64,000 bases of DNA from Macrostomum hystrix (Eukaryota > Animalia > Platyhelminthes). The notes beneath the pieces are model-generated. The model ran no database searches. It saw only the letters and a program-made list of their open reading frames with translations, and was not told the origin of the DNA. The stretch is taken from NCBI GenBank assembly GCA_950097015.1, contig CATNEN010000030.1:3782001-3846000 (forward strand). Direction: 5' to 3'. Positions 50,311-61,376 of this stretch are shown here, piece by piece (position 1 is the first letter of the stretch; every line of letters begins with the position of its first letter). The position numbers and the translations under genes were made by a program.

Positions 50311-53040
50311 CTCCTACACTAATTTTGCTTACTATAGAGCTGGCCCTTGAATGTGTGCTGTTGTTTGGAGTCTGGTTGTCTAGCGTTTCTGTCTCCGTAT
50401 TTGCTGGGATATGTGATGGATCTTAATAATCACAGTTGCTATGATGCCTTTTTTGTTTCTGGTGGCGACGGTTCATATGGCCTACAGTGCCGGGGAGGTT
50501 GTGATGAATACCATCGTTTGCTGCGTTTCCCTAGGACTATCCATTCATTGGTTCTGCAGCGTTTCCAAGGGCGATCGATAAAAGCGAGCCCTTGATATCC
50601 TCGCATCTGCATTTCCTTATGCAGCTGACCCCGAAGGAATCCAATATAGACAACCCGGTAGAAGCCCATTTCTACTGGCTGGAACAATTTTGAACAGCGA
50701 ATGCGCCTCCCACGATTCAAATCTGCCTGGTGGTTCTGTGTGCGGCTTTGCGCCTAAAAGTAAGAGGCAAATAACCAGATGGGAATAGAAAACTACTATC
50801 GAAGGACGGAAAGGAGATTTCGGAAACGATTTTTTAGCCTTGAAAACTAGGTCGAGGACGGATGGGGCGCGCGTGCGCCTCCCCGCTGCACCGATGCCCG
50901 TCACCTGTCTATGTCGATCACCTATAGCTTGTGAGCCAAGGCCCATGGCTAGGGCTGTGCAGTGGGAGATTGGGGGCGTGCAGATATTTACATTTACTGT
51001 AGGAGCAGCCAAGGATAGTTAGACTATACGTTTTCGGCCTTCTCGTGGGCTTAAAGGCCAATCTTTGAATAGAACACTGCAGGAATATATAACTGTGCAT
51101 GGTAGAACCGTAAATACGCTTCTTTAGCAAGCAGCAATAGGCACAGCTGCGGATATGCAGTTCACGATACAATCTCACAATTGCTAGAGTTTTTCGCTTG
51201 TGTGCGCAATTTTTATGAAACCTTTTAAATAAGTTTTCTTTGAAGAAATTCAGTATCATCGGTTTCTCTTTTTTTGCGTCACGACGCAAATAACAAAGAT
51301 AAAGATGCGCAAATTATTTACTACGAGCTACTTTCACTGAAAAAGGAAAGACAAAACTAGCAATACTTAGCAGTATAAGTTGAAACTCTGGTTTCTGTCC
51401 TTGGAAGTTAGAGCGATTCGTGATATAGTATAGAATTGATTCGTTTAGTTTAGTTTTGTACGTGAATTTAGTTTAGTTAGGGGTACAGATTATAGTTAGA
51501 TGGTTCAGATTTAAAGACTCTTCGTAATAAGCATCAAGAATTCAAGTTGACTCATCAGATAACACAACAGGTTATTGAACATGCTGTCAAGAACATTAAT
51601 TAATATGTTTCTGTATAGTTTAATGACACTTTCTTTCATTAAATATAGCCAGCACAGCAAGCTTCAAGTACTAGCTAGTTTATAGGAACTCCTTTTAAGA
51701 AAAATAGATTTTCAATGTAATTATCTGTGATAACAACTATTAGTTACAAAATAAATTTAGGCAGATTCGATATTTTCGTAGGTCTATGTATATATAATAT
51801 ATTGTAAAACAGTGTATTAAATATGTGATTAGCTACTTTAACTATGAGTCACAAAAATTTTGAACATATAATGATACATACAAATATTCAGAAAAAAGCT
51901 TTATGTTTGATAGTTTCTTTTCGTTAACGAATCGAATTTATTATACTTCTTTGAAAAATGTTATATTTTCGAGTGTCAGTTTTTCCGTGAAATACATTGC
52001 TAACTACATTCGATGGTGATTTAGTTGTTGTATGCGATTTGCGTAAGTATTTAGCCTTTATCTTTCGAATGCTGATGAAATTTTCTGATTCTAATTGTTT
52101 TTTTGCGACTATGGATTGTGTCTGTGGTTGTTGTTTTTAATCATGAAATTAGTGATTATTGCGTCAGATTTTTTCAGATTATTTTTAACATTTTTTAAAT
52201 CAGTTAGCTTCAGTTTATTAATATTTTTCATATTTACCTGGGTCCGTCCGCTTAAAACTATTTTCACGTACCAATTTATACCGAAATTTAAGTGAGTGTA
52301 ACCATGCACCATCACCATTTGTATTTAAACATACAAATTTATATACTTTATATACTTAGTAAAAAATGTTTCTCATGCAGTATCAGCATTCATATTACAG
52401 AGTGATTCTGGAATACCCCAATAAATTTGCATCTTCATGAAACTGTAGATTTATGTAGCTAATGATGGCTAGATTCCCAAATATTTTTAGACTGACATGC
52501 TTTGCAAGTTTTTCGTACTAGTATGTTTTTTATAATATGCATTATGAAACAACTTTATGTACATTAGTTAATCTATCTAGAGCTGGCTAAGTTTGTGAAA
52601 TTATTATCATATCAAATACCTCATATCAAATCAAATATACATATCAAATATCAAATTATTATTATCATATCAAATAACATTAAAGTTGTAGTTTGAAAGC
52701 AAATTGTTGTCCTTTATTTAATTTATTTTCCTTTTTATATTAAAGTTTTCATTGAGATACCAGTTATGTTTATTAGTTATTCTAAAATTATTTTTATTTT
52801 GTACTATTAGATAATGTACAAAGTATTTTATAGTTATACTCACTATATGCTACACATATTTTAATTAAATAATTCAAAGATATGCTAATTGTCTGTTAAA
52901 GATGCAAAAGCCTCATAAACTTAAGAGATGTTGCTGGTATATTATAAAAAACCAACTAAACTAAACTAAACGAATAAATGCACATCTTGGCATTGCAGAC
53001 TGAATACCAGAATGACTACAGCCAAGCAGCTGGCCCAGTC

Positions 53041-55615
53041 ATGGACCAGGCTCTGGCATCTAGTGGAGTGAAGGGTGGCCTATTGGCCCAGCTGCATTCT
53101 GCTGTCAAGGCCTGCCAGAGACGCTTTGGTGGCCGGCGCGAATTGGCCTCAGACAGCTCAGAGGCGTGGTGAGAATGGAGAAGTTATATAACTAAAAGAG
53201 TGTTATAGCTAGGTTAGAGAGTTAAAATTTAAGTGGCTATGGCGGCTTCCCAGTCCATGGACTGAACAGCTGCATGCAGTCAATAGGTGGCCCAATGGAC
53301 AAGTTTTTTGTAATAAATAAACGCTGAATCTTCAAATCTTGCAGTGTGAGCAACCTGCTTACAGCCTGGGAGAATGTTCTCAACCATGGACTCATTCAGC
53401 AGCCATCTAGTCAGCAACAGCTTCAGCTTCTCCCAATGCTGGGTATCCAAGCTAGCCTATCCCAGCTGACCTCAACCATTGGCGCCACGTTCAGAGTTGG
53501 CGGAGCTCAGGCCGGTCAGCCGACCTTCTGGCTGGCGCTCCGAGAACTGCTCAGCCATGAGGAGGCCGCCAGATTCACCGGCGACAGCCGGGCCCGCTGC
53601 CGGGCCTGGCTGCGCGAGAAAATTAATGAGTCCAGCCTGGAACGCTTTGTCCACACCTTCCTGGCTGACCCGGACCTGCTGGCCAGGCACTACCGACCGG
53701 AAGCGTTCGTCCGCGACCCGGACCTGTGCGCCGCTCTGCCCAACCTGGCCGCCGGCGTCAACAGTATCCTGTTCGCCGTGTCGCCGCCGGCTCCGGCAGC
53801 CGCCGCCTCAGATTTCAGCGACGGCGACTTTGGCAGCGTCGGCTTCGACGACGACTGCGCCATCGAGGTGGCGGCGGTTGCCGTTGAAGACGCGGCATCC
53901 GCTGCGCCAAACGGTGCCGGCCGGGGACCTCGGCGACGTCAGCCGCCTCGGCCGGTTGTCGTGTCCTTCGATGACGACGACGCAGTGAGTAGCGCCGGCA
54001 GCGAGCTGTCGATCAATCACAGGATGGATTTCACCGCCGCTGTCTCCGCCGCCGCCAGTGCAACAGCATCAGGCGCTGCCGCAGTCGTCGGTGCCAGCGC
54101 TTGCCGCTCCGCGGTGCAGCCATCGGCGCCGAATGTGGCCAGCGAGTCCGGCTACAACACCTCGGCCTGCTCGGAGGCTGACGGAGCCAGCGCTTTGTCT
54201 TCGGCTTCCTGGTTCAGCGTTAATGAGCTGCGACAGGTAGGCGACCTGTTCTAGCTTTTGTTCTTGTTATTGTATTGTACTCTGAGAATTTCAAATCTAT
54301 GCAAATAAACTTATTGAATCCTATACTTCATACCCCATACTTCAGAATCAAGTTTCTAATCCATTCTGTCTCATTCCCAATCCATCATGTTACATTCCTT
54401 ATCCATCATGTTACATTCCTTATCCATCATGTTAGATTCCTTATCCATCATGTTACATTCCTTATCCATCATGTTACATTCCTTATCCATCATGTTACAT
54501 TCCTTATCCATCATGTTACATTCCTTATCCATCATGTTACATTCCCAATCCATCATGCCACATTATCCATCGCTCCTGTCACATTCTAGGCACTGTTGGA
54601 CGTCAGCCGCGCCCGCGAACGCGAAGCTGCCGAGCGTCGTCGTGCCGAGGACCAGTGCCGCGCTCTGCAGTCGCAGATCGGGCAGCTCCGCAGAGAGAAC
54701 GGCCTCCTCTGCCAGGAGGTGGGCAAGGAGGAGAGGCTTTCCCGGCTGGCTGAGATGCACGCCGACCTGTCCGAGCTGTCCGCCCAGCTGCAGCAGTCCC
54801 TGGCGCAGGCGCAGCGCGAGCTGGAGGCCCTCCGTGGCCCGACTCCGCGGTGTCCTCAGTACCCGCTGTACGTGTGGGTTGTTGGCGCCTTCAGGCGCGG
54901 CGCTGGGCCAACCAGGCACCACGAGTACCAGGTGAGACATCCCTGCTGGCTGGAAACCTACCCCATCCAACATTCCACTTATCCCATCCTACATTCCACT
55001 TATCCCATCCTACATTCCACTTATCCCATCCTACATTCTACTTATCCCATCCTACATTCCACTTATCCCATCCTACATTCTACTTATCCCATCCTACATT
55101 CCACTTATCCCATCCTACATTCCACTTATCCCATCCTACATTCCACTTATCCCATCCTACATTCCACTTATCCCATCCTACATTCCACTTATCCCATCCT
55201 ACATTCCACTTATCCCATCCTACATTCCACTTATCCCATCCTACATTCCACTTATCCCATCCTACATTCCACTTATCCCATCCTACATTCCACATCTATT
55301 TCCCTCTTGCAGATCTACTGCCAGACGCCAGTGAATGACTGGTCGGCCTTTCGTCGCTATCGCCAGTTCCACGAGTCGCACCAGTCGCTTTGCCAGGTCT
55401 ACCCGGACATTGCCGACTTTTACTTTCCGCCCAAGGTGGCCAATAGTCTACGCGAGGAGGTGGCCAGGAAGCGGATGCGGGCTCTGCAGACCTACCTGCG
55501 CGATGTGGTCAATTATCTGTGCGCCAAGGTGCCCGGTCTAACACAGGAGCAGCGGCTGAGGCAGCACCTGCCCCTGCTCCTGGACAAAGAGAGTCTGGTG
55601 CCGAGGACTGACTGA
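53041..55615 (+). CDS. SNX29: Sorting nexin-29-like (RUN + coiled coil + PX), ~554 aa; exons 53041-53168, 53345-54236, 54590-54931, 55313-55615
   Basis: LLAQLHSAVKACQRRFGGRRELASDS, a RUN domain (RARCRAWLREKINESSLERF) and a PX domain (HHEYQ|IYC...AFRRYRQFHESH...FPPK...RKRMRALQTYLR) match SNX29. The start codon is uncertain. Confidence 0.85.
54361..54570. repeat. 21-nt minisatellite (CCATCATGTTACATTCCTTAT)n, SNX29 intron 2
   Basis: Direct reading. Confidence 0.9.
54960..55292. repeat. 21-nt minisatellite (CATTCCACTTATCCCATCCTA)n, SNX29 intron 3
   Basis: Direct reading, ~16 copies. Confidence 0.92.
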
Positions 55616-55714
55616 CTGGGTGTCCGTTTTCAGCTAGTTTGCAGAGGCCAAGCCATTTTTGGAGCCTTTCAATACCAGAAAATGTACAAAACTTGGTGAA
55701 ATCCCTATTTGATA

Positions 55715-55920
55715 AATTCCCTACTTGGTGAAATCCCTATTTTAATTTATCCCTGTTTGATAAAAGCTCTACTTAAAGGTAATCCCTACTTCGGGAAATC
55801 CCTACTTAGTGGAAATCCCTACTTAGTGGAAATCCCTACTTAGTGGAAATCCCTACTTAGTGGAAGTCCCTACTTAGGGGAAATCCCTTCTTAGGGAAAT
55901 CCCCACTTGGTGAAAATCCC
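55715..55920. repeat. Degenerate 17-nt repeat (GAAATCCCTACTTAGTG)n downstream of SNX29
   Basis: Direct reading. Confidence 0.8.
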
Positions 55921-56394
55921 GTTAAAGGAATTCATGTTTATTTAAAATTCAATTCAACAATACAATCCCTGTTTAGTTAAAACCAATTTTGATCCTATCC
56001 TATTTCAATCCTATTAGAGAATAACTAAAACTATTGCCAATTTATTAAAGTAAATATTTTTTTATAGATTTTCCAAGAAGTTGCAAATGTAAATTCATAT
56101 CTGATCCGAGTATTTAAAAATCCGTATTATTTTCGTGACATTTGAGCAGATCACTTTAATTGTGCTAAGAATTAGATAAACCCTGATCCTAAAGTGTTAA
56201 ATCTAACTTTCGTGAACTGAAAATGAGAAAAACTGCAATTATATTTTATTTTGTTTTGTTATAATGCTCCACATTATGCTGCTTTGGTCTTCATTGTGCA
56301 ATCAAACTATTGCTATGGCTATTTTTACAATAGATTTCCACTCTAGATTTTTTCTGTCTATCATTCTTCTGAGTGTCTACTAAGTATTTATAAT

Positions 56395-56760
56395 ATAACA
56401 ATAATAATAATTGCAGGAGGGCTGCGGGCAATGGCGCATCATTTGGTGACACTAGACCCGCAGCCACCGAGGAGGCACTTCTGCCCATTTCGCTGACTCC
56501 TGAGCACACATGAACACAGATACTGTACGCAGGCACATGCTCACACAGGTGTGTACATCTGCCCTGACTTTCTCATCGTCAGGCAGTGTACACTCTCACT
56601 GTGCCTTGGAGGTTGGCCCTCAAGGGCGTAAATTGCACGACAAGCCCCCAAGCCTTTTCTCCGCGGCTGCGCCCCAAATGAATGTGGCCTCGCCGCGGAA
56701 TCGAGCTCAGGGAGCTTGGTGCGAGAGGCAAACGCGTTAGACCGCTCTGCCACTCACGCT
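56395..56760 (-). mobile_element. SINE family 1, full-length copy between SNX29 and the ETS gene
   Basis: Complete head (A box, B box GAGCTCGATTCC), body and (TTA)n tail. Confidence 0.85.
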
Positions 56761-57594
56761 CATGTGTCTATCTCAGTCTTCTGGGCGTCCATGTCTCACT
56801 GAATGTTATTCTCTTATCGTAATCGTAAAAAATTGTGAATAGCAGTATTACTACCCAATCTCTGTTAGTATCCCATAGCGGCTCCTGTCATCCCTAGATT
56901 TTTGTATCCATGTAGATTAATTTTATATTGATTTATTGGGTCCCATGATTGTTCTGTAATTTAGAGCAGCCTGTCTGTTCAACTGTTCAATTACTCATGG
57001 ATTTATCTAGATCTATTATCGCTTTGTTATTACACATTCGATGTTTGTTTTAGGTTTTAACTGTTAAATCTGTTTATTATTGATTAACAATATTTCATTG
57101 GCAAAGTTTCACTGTAAATATTATATTAGTCGTATTAAATCCTGTTGAATTGTATTTGATTATAAAAACAGCTTGAAGAGAATTCTGTGCAAACATTCAC
57201 AATTAGTGATTAGTATTCTACAGAAACATTTCTGGCCATGTTTGAATTGGGTTTGATGTCAATACGATGAGTTGTCTTTTATATATTACAAATAATTACA
57301 TGTTGTCGCTTGTACCTGCGTGAGAGTCCTTTGGTGAAGGAGTTCAAGTTGATGAACAAAAATATAGTCTATGGTAATAATAAGTAAACATTTTATTTTG
57401 CATCTGCAGAAGTCGCAACAAAGCTTTCGAATCCGAACGCGAAGTTAAATAATCCTTAACTGATCATTCAATTGATTTTTTTCGAGATAAAAAAATAATG
57501 CATCAAATAAGCTTACTGCAAGTAGTATTGCTATCAATGCCATTTTCCCACTCGTTCTGTTTAATATAATACTTGCAAGCAGAGTTAAAAATTT

Positions 57595-58995
57595 GTATTG
57601 GGTGACATTGGAATGGATTGGGTGAAGTTTCAATGGATTGGGTGAGGTTGGAATGGATTGAGTGAGGTTGGAATGTATTCGGTGAGGTTGGAATGGATTG
57701 GGTGAAGTTTCAATGGATTGGGTGAAGTTGGAATGTTTTCGGTGAGGTTGGAATGTATTCGGTGAGGTTGGAATGGATTGGGTGAGGTTGGAATGGATTG
57801 AGTGAGGTTGGAATGTATTCGGTGAGGTTGGAATGGATTGGGTGAAGTTTCAATGGATTGGGTGAAGTTGGAATGTTTTCGGTGAGGTTGGAATGTATTC
57901 GGTGAGGTTGGAATGGATTGGGTGAAGTTGGAATGTATTCGGTGAGGTTGGAAAGGATTCGGTGAGGTTGGAATGGATTGGGTGAGGTTGGAATGGACTG
58001 GGTGAGGTTGGAATGGACTGGGTGAGGTTGGAATGGACTGAGTGAAGTTAGAATGGACTGGGTGAGGTTGGAATGGACTGGGTGAGGTTGGAATGGATTA
58101 GGTGAAGTTGGAACGGACTGGATAAGGGTTGGAATGGATTCGAAGAGGTTGGAAAGGATTCGGTGAGGTTGGAATGGATTCGGTGAGGTTGGAATGGATT
58201 GGGTGAGGTTGGAATGGATTCGGTGAGGTTGGAATGGATTGGGTGAGGTTGGAATGGATTCGGTGAGGTTGGAAAGGATTCGGTGAGGTTGGAATGGATT
58301 CGGTGAGGTTGGAATGGATCAGGTGAAGTTGGAAAGGATTGGGTGAGGTTGGAATGGATTGGGTGAGGTTGGAATGGATTGGGTGAGGTTGGAATGGATT
58401 CGGTGAGGTTGGAATGGATTGGGTGAGGTTGGAATGGATTCGGTGAGGTTGGAAAGGATTCGGTGAGGTTGGAATGGATTGGGTGAGGTTGGAATGGATT
58501 CGGTGAGGTTGGAATGGATTCGGTGAGGTTGGAAAGGATTCGGTGAGGTTGGAAAGGATTCGGTGAGGTTGGAATGGATTGGGTGAGGTTGGAATGGATT
58601 GGGTGAGGTTGGAATGGATTCGGTGAGGTTGGAAAGGATTCGGTGAGGTTGGAATGGATTGGGTGAGGTTGGAATGGATTCGGTGAGGTTGGAATGGATT
58701 GGGTGAGGTTGGAATGGATTCGGTGAGGTTGGAATGGATTCGGTGAGGTTGGAATGGATTGGGTGAGGTTGGAATGGATTCGGTGAGGTTGGAATGGATT
58801 CGGTGAGGTTGGAAAGGATTCGGTGAGGTTGGAAAGGATTCGATGAGGTTGGAATGGATTGGGTGAGGTTGGAATGGATTGGGTGAGGTTGGAAAGGATT
58901 CGGTGAGGTTGGAATGGATTCGGTGAGGTTGGAATGGATTCGGTGAGGTTGGAATGGATCGGGTGAGGTTGGAATGGATTGGGTGAGGTTGGAAT
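57595..58995. repeat. 20-nt minisatellite (GGTGAGGTTGGAATGGATTG/C)n, ~70 copies
   Basis: Direct reading. Confidence 0.95.
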
Positions 58996-59544
58996 GGTGA
59001 GCCTGGAGTGGATTTTTTAAAGCACGCCTAATGCAAGAAAGGCAAATGATAGCGTATGGTAAAACGGTTTAGCCAGTTTATTGTGTACTGTGTTGTGTTT
59101 ATTTTTATGTGTTTTAAGCAAATCTATACAGATAAAATGAGAGCAGCCTATACAATGCCACTGCATGAGGATAGCAGAGTATGTACATGGGCAATCGTCT
59201 AGTTAATATAGTTAAAAGTCTACTGTTAAAATTGTGCATGATTCTGTTGGTGTAAAGTGAATGAAATAATCTAACTTATAACCGCTATTATTAGCCTTGT
59301 CAAAAATCAAAGTGTGCAGATATCATGTATTGGGTAACTTATTGGACATAATGCCGTACAAAATTATAACAATAAAGTACTGTCATAGCATGATTAAACG
59401 ATTTATTTTTCGATAAAAAGATTCACCAATTTTGGGGACTAAAGATGTGAATTTTCCATTTTAGGAGTTTTTCATCACCTGAAATTAATCTTGCCGATTG
59501 GGACGTTGTTGAAGTTGAGAAGTCTAATCTAAGGTGTGAAATTT

Positions 59545-59695
59545 AGGGAATTAAAATTTAGGGAAGAAATAGAAATTTAGGGTAGCGAAATTTTGTGAAG
59601 TGAAATTTAGAGATTAAAAGGGATTTGAAATTTGGGGAAGCGAAATTTAGGGAACTGGAATTAAGGGAAGTTAAATTTAGGGAATCAAATTTTTG
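59545..59695. repeat. Degenerate AAATTTAGGGAA-type short repeats downstream of the ETS gene
   Basis: About 8 loosely spaced AAATTT(A/G)GGG units. Confidence 0.6.
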
Positions 59696-59908
59696 GACTC
59701 ATTGAAAATTTTCATAACTTTTTTATTAGGATATAGTTTTGGGAAAATTTATCACTTCAAAAAGACCGAATTGTTAGAGGCTTCCATGTGACCAAATCCC
59801 CGTTTGAATAATCCCAATTGTCGCCACTGAACTGTCCATCACCATTTCCCTGTTAGTTCAACTCAGCCCAACTCCAAGAAGCTCTCCGATGTTAAACTTT
59901 TCTCAACT

Positions 59909-61376
59909 TCACGACGGCTTGACGAAGCCAGCTGTGGCGCCGCTCTGACCGACAACGGCGGCTGATGCAGCCGCCGCGGCTGCGTATCGATAAGATGATG
60001 AAGCCGGCTGCACTGACGGAGCCATGCCGGAATACTGCTGGTTGTACCAGTGCGCCATTGTGGTATACGCCGCCGCCTGCTGCTGACTGCTGTGGGCAGC
60101 GAACAGCCAGTCTGTGTAGGCTGCAGCCGACTGCTGCTGGTGATAGCGGGCCAGGTCGCCCTCAAGGCCGCTGGCCATCTGCAGATTCTGCAACAGGCCC
60201 GCGAAGTCGAACCTGTAGGCGTAGCGCTTGCCGTGCACTTTTGTGAGGATGTTCTTGTCGTAGTAGTAGCGCAGGGCCCGGCTGAGCTTGTCGTAGTTCA
60301 TGTTCGGCTTGGACTTGCGGGCGCCCCACTTGCGGGCCACCTCCTCGGGGTCGACGATTTTGAATTCGCCGTTAGGACTCTCCCAGGCGATGATCTTGCT
60401 TTGGCCGCTGTCCGATAGCAGCTCCAGTAGGAACTGCCACAGCTGCACTTGGCCAGAACCTGCGAGACGAGCGAAAACTGGTTAGATTTCCCTTCTATCT
60501 TCCTTCCATCATCTCTCCGCTTCCTCCGTTCTCTCCGCTCTCTCCGCTTCCTCCGCTTCCTCAGCTCTCTCCGGTTCCTCCGCTCTCTCCGCTCTCTCCG
60601 TTTCCTCCGCTCTCTCGGCTCTCTCCGCTTCTTCCACTCTCTCCGCTCTCTCCGCTTCCTCCGTTCTCTCCGCTCTCTCCGCTTCCTCCGCTTCCTCAGC
60701 TCTCTCCGGTTCCTCCGCTCTCTCCGCTCTCTCCGTTTCCTCCGCTCTCTCGGCTCTCTCCGCTTCTTCCACTCTCTCCGCTCTCTCCGCTTCCTCCGCT
60801 CTCTCCACTTCCTCCGCTCTCTCCGCTCTCTCCGCTTCCTCCGCTTCCTCAGCTCTCTCCGGTTCCTCCGCTCTCTCCGCTCTCTCCGTTTCCTCCGCTC
60901 TCTCCGCTCTCTCCGCTTCTTCCACTCTCTCCGCTCTCTCCGCTTCCTCCGCTCTCTCCGCTTCCTCCGCTCTCTCTGCTTCTTCCGCTTTCTCCGCTCT
61001 CTTCGCTTCCTCCGCTCTCTCCGCTTCCTCCGCTCTCTTCGCTTCCTCCGCTCTCTTCGCTTCCTCCGCTCTCTTCGCTTCCTCCGCTCTCTCCGCTTCC
61101 TCCGCTCTCTCCGGTTCCTCCGCTCTCTCCGCTCTCTCCGCTCTCTCCGGTTCCTCCGCTCTCTCCGCTTATTCCGCTCCCACCGCTCCCTCGATTAGAA
61201 CAAGCATATGCTTACCTGCTGTTGCAAGCTTTTTGGCCAAAGGTCCCAGAATATGGTACGGATCAACCACTGAAATACAATGGGCGCAAAAGATCATGAG
61301 GCAGTTGAATTAATACACAAATAATAACTATCGAGCACTCACTGTGACTATCCCTCCAGTAGTAGTTGAACTCCAT
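59909..61376 (-). CDS. ETS transcription factor of the ERG/FLI1/FEV subfamily; exons (-) 61376(or further upstream)-61343, 61269-61216, 60459-59909; 5' end uncertain
   Basis: [17 protein letters not shown]|[15 protein letters not shown]...[39 protein letters not shown] is the ERG/FLI1/FEV signature. An Ala/Tyr/Gln-rich tail follows, and AATAAA lies on the - strand at 59722-59727. Confidence 0.9.
60490..61190. repeat. 9-nt based pyrimidine-rich repeat (CTCCGCTCT/CTCCGCTTC)n filling the last ETS intron
   Basis: Direct reading. Confidence 0.92.

Noticed and set aside
50347-51289. Short ORFs upstream of the SCP gene
   Set aside because: No recognisable homology or consistent splice chain; likely 5'UTR or promoter sequence.
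59545-59695. TTTAGGG units as interstitial telomeric repeat
   Set aside because: Units are non-tandem and degenerate, and do not match the TTAGGG array expected in most metazoans.
60449-61198. Coiled-coil-like (EEAERAER)n and (LRSLRFLR)n ORFs
   Set aside because: They lie within a GT-AG intron joining conserved ETS-gene exons. Read-through from the upstream exon hits TAA early, and the EAER frame stops before the acceptor.
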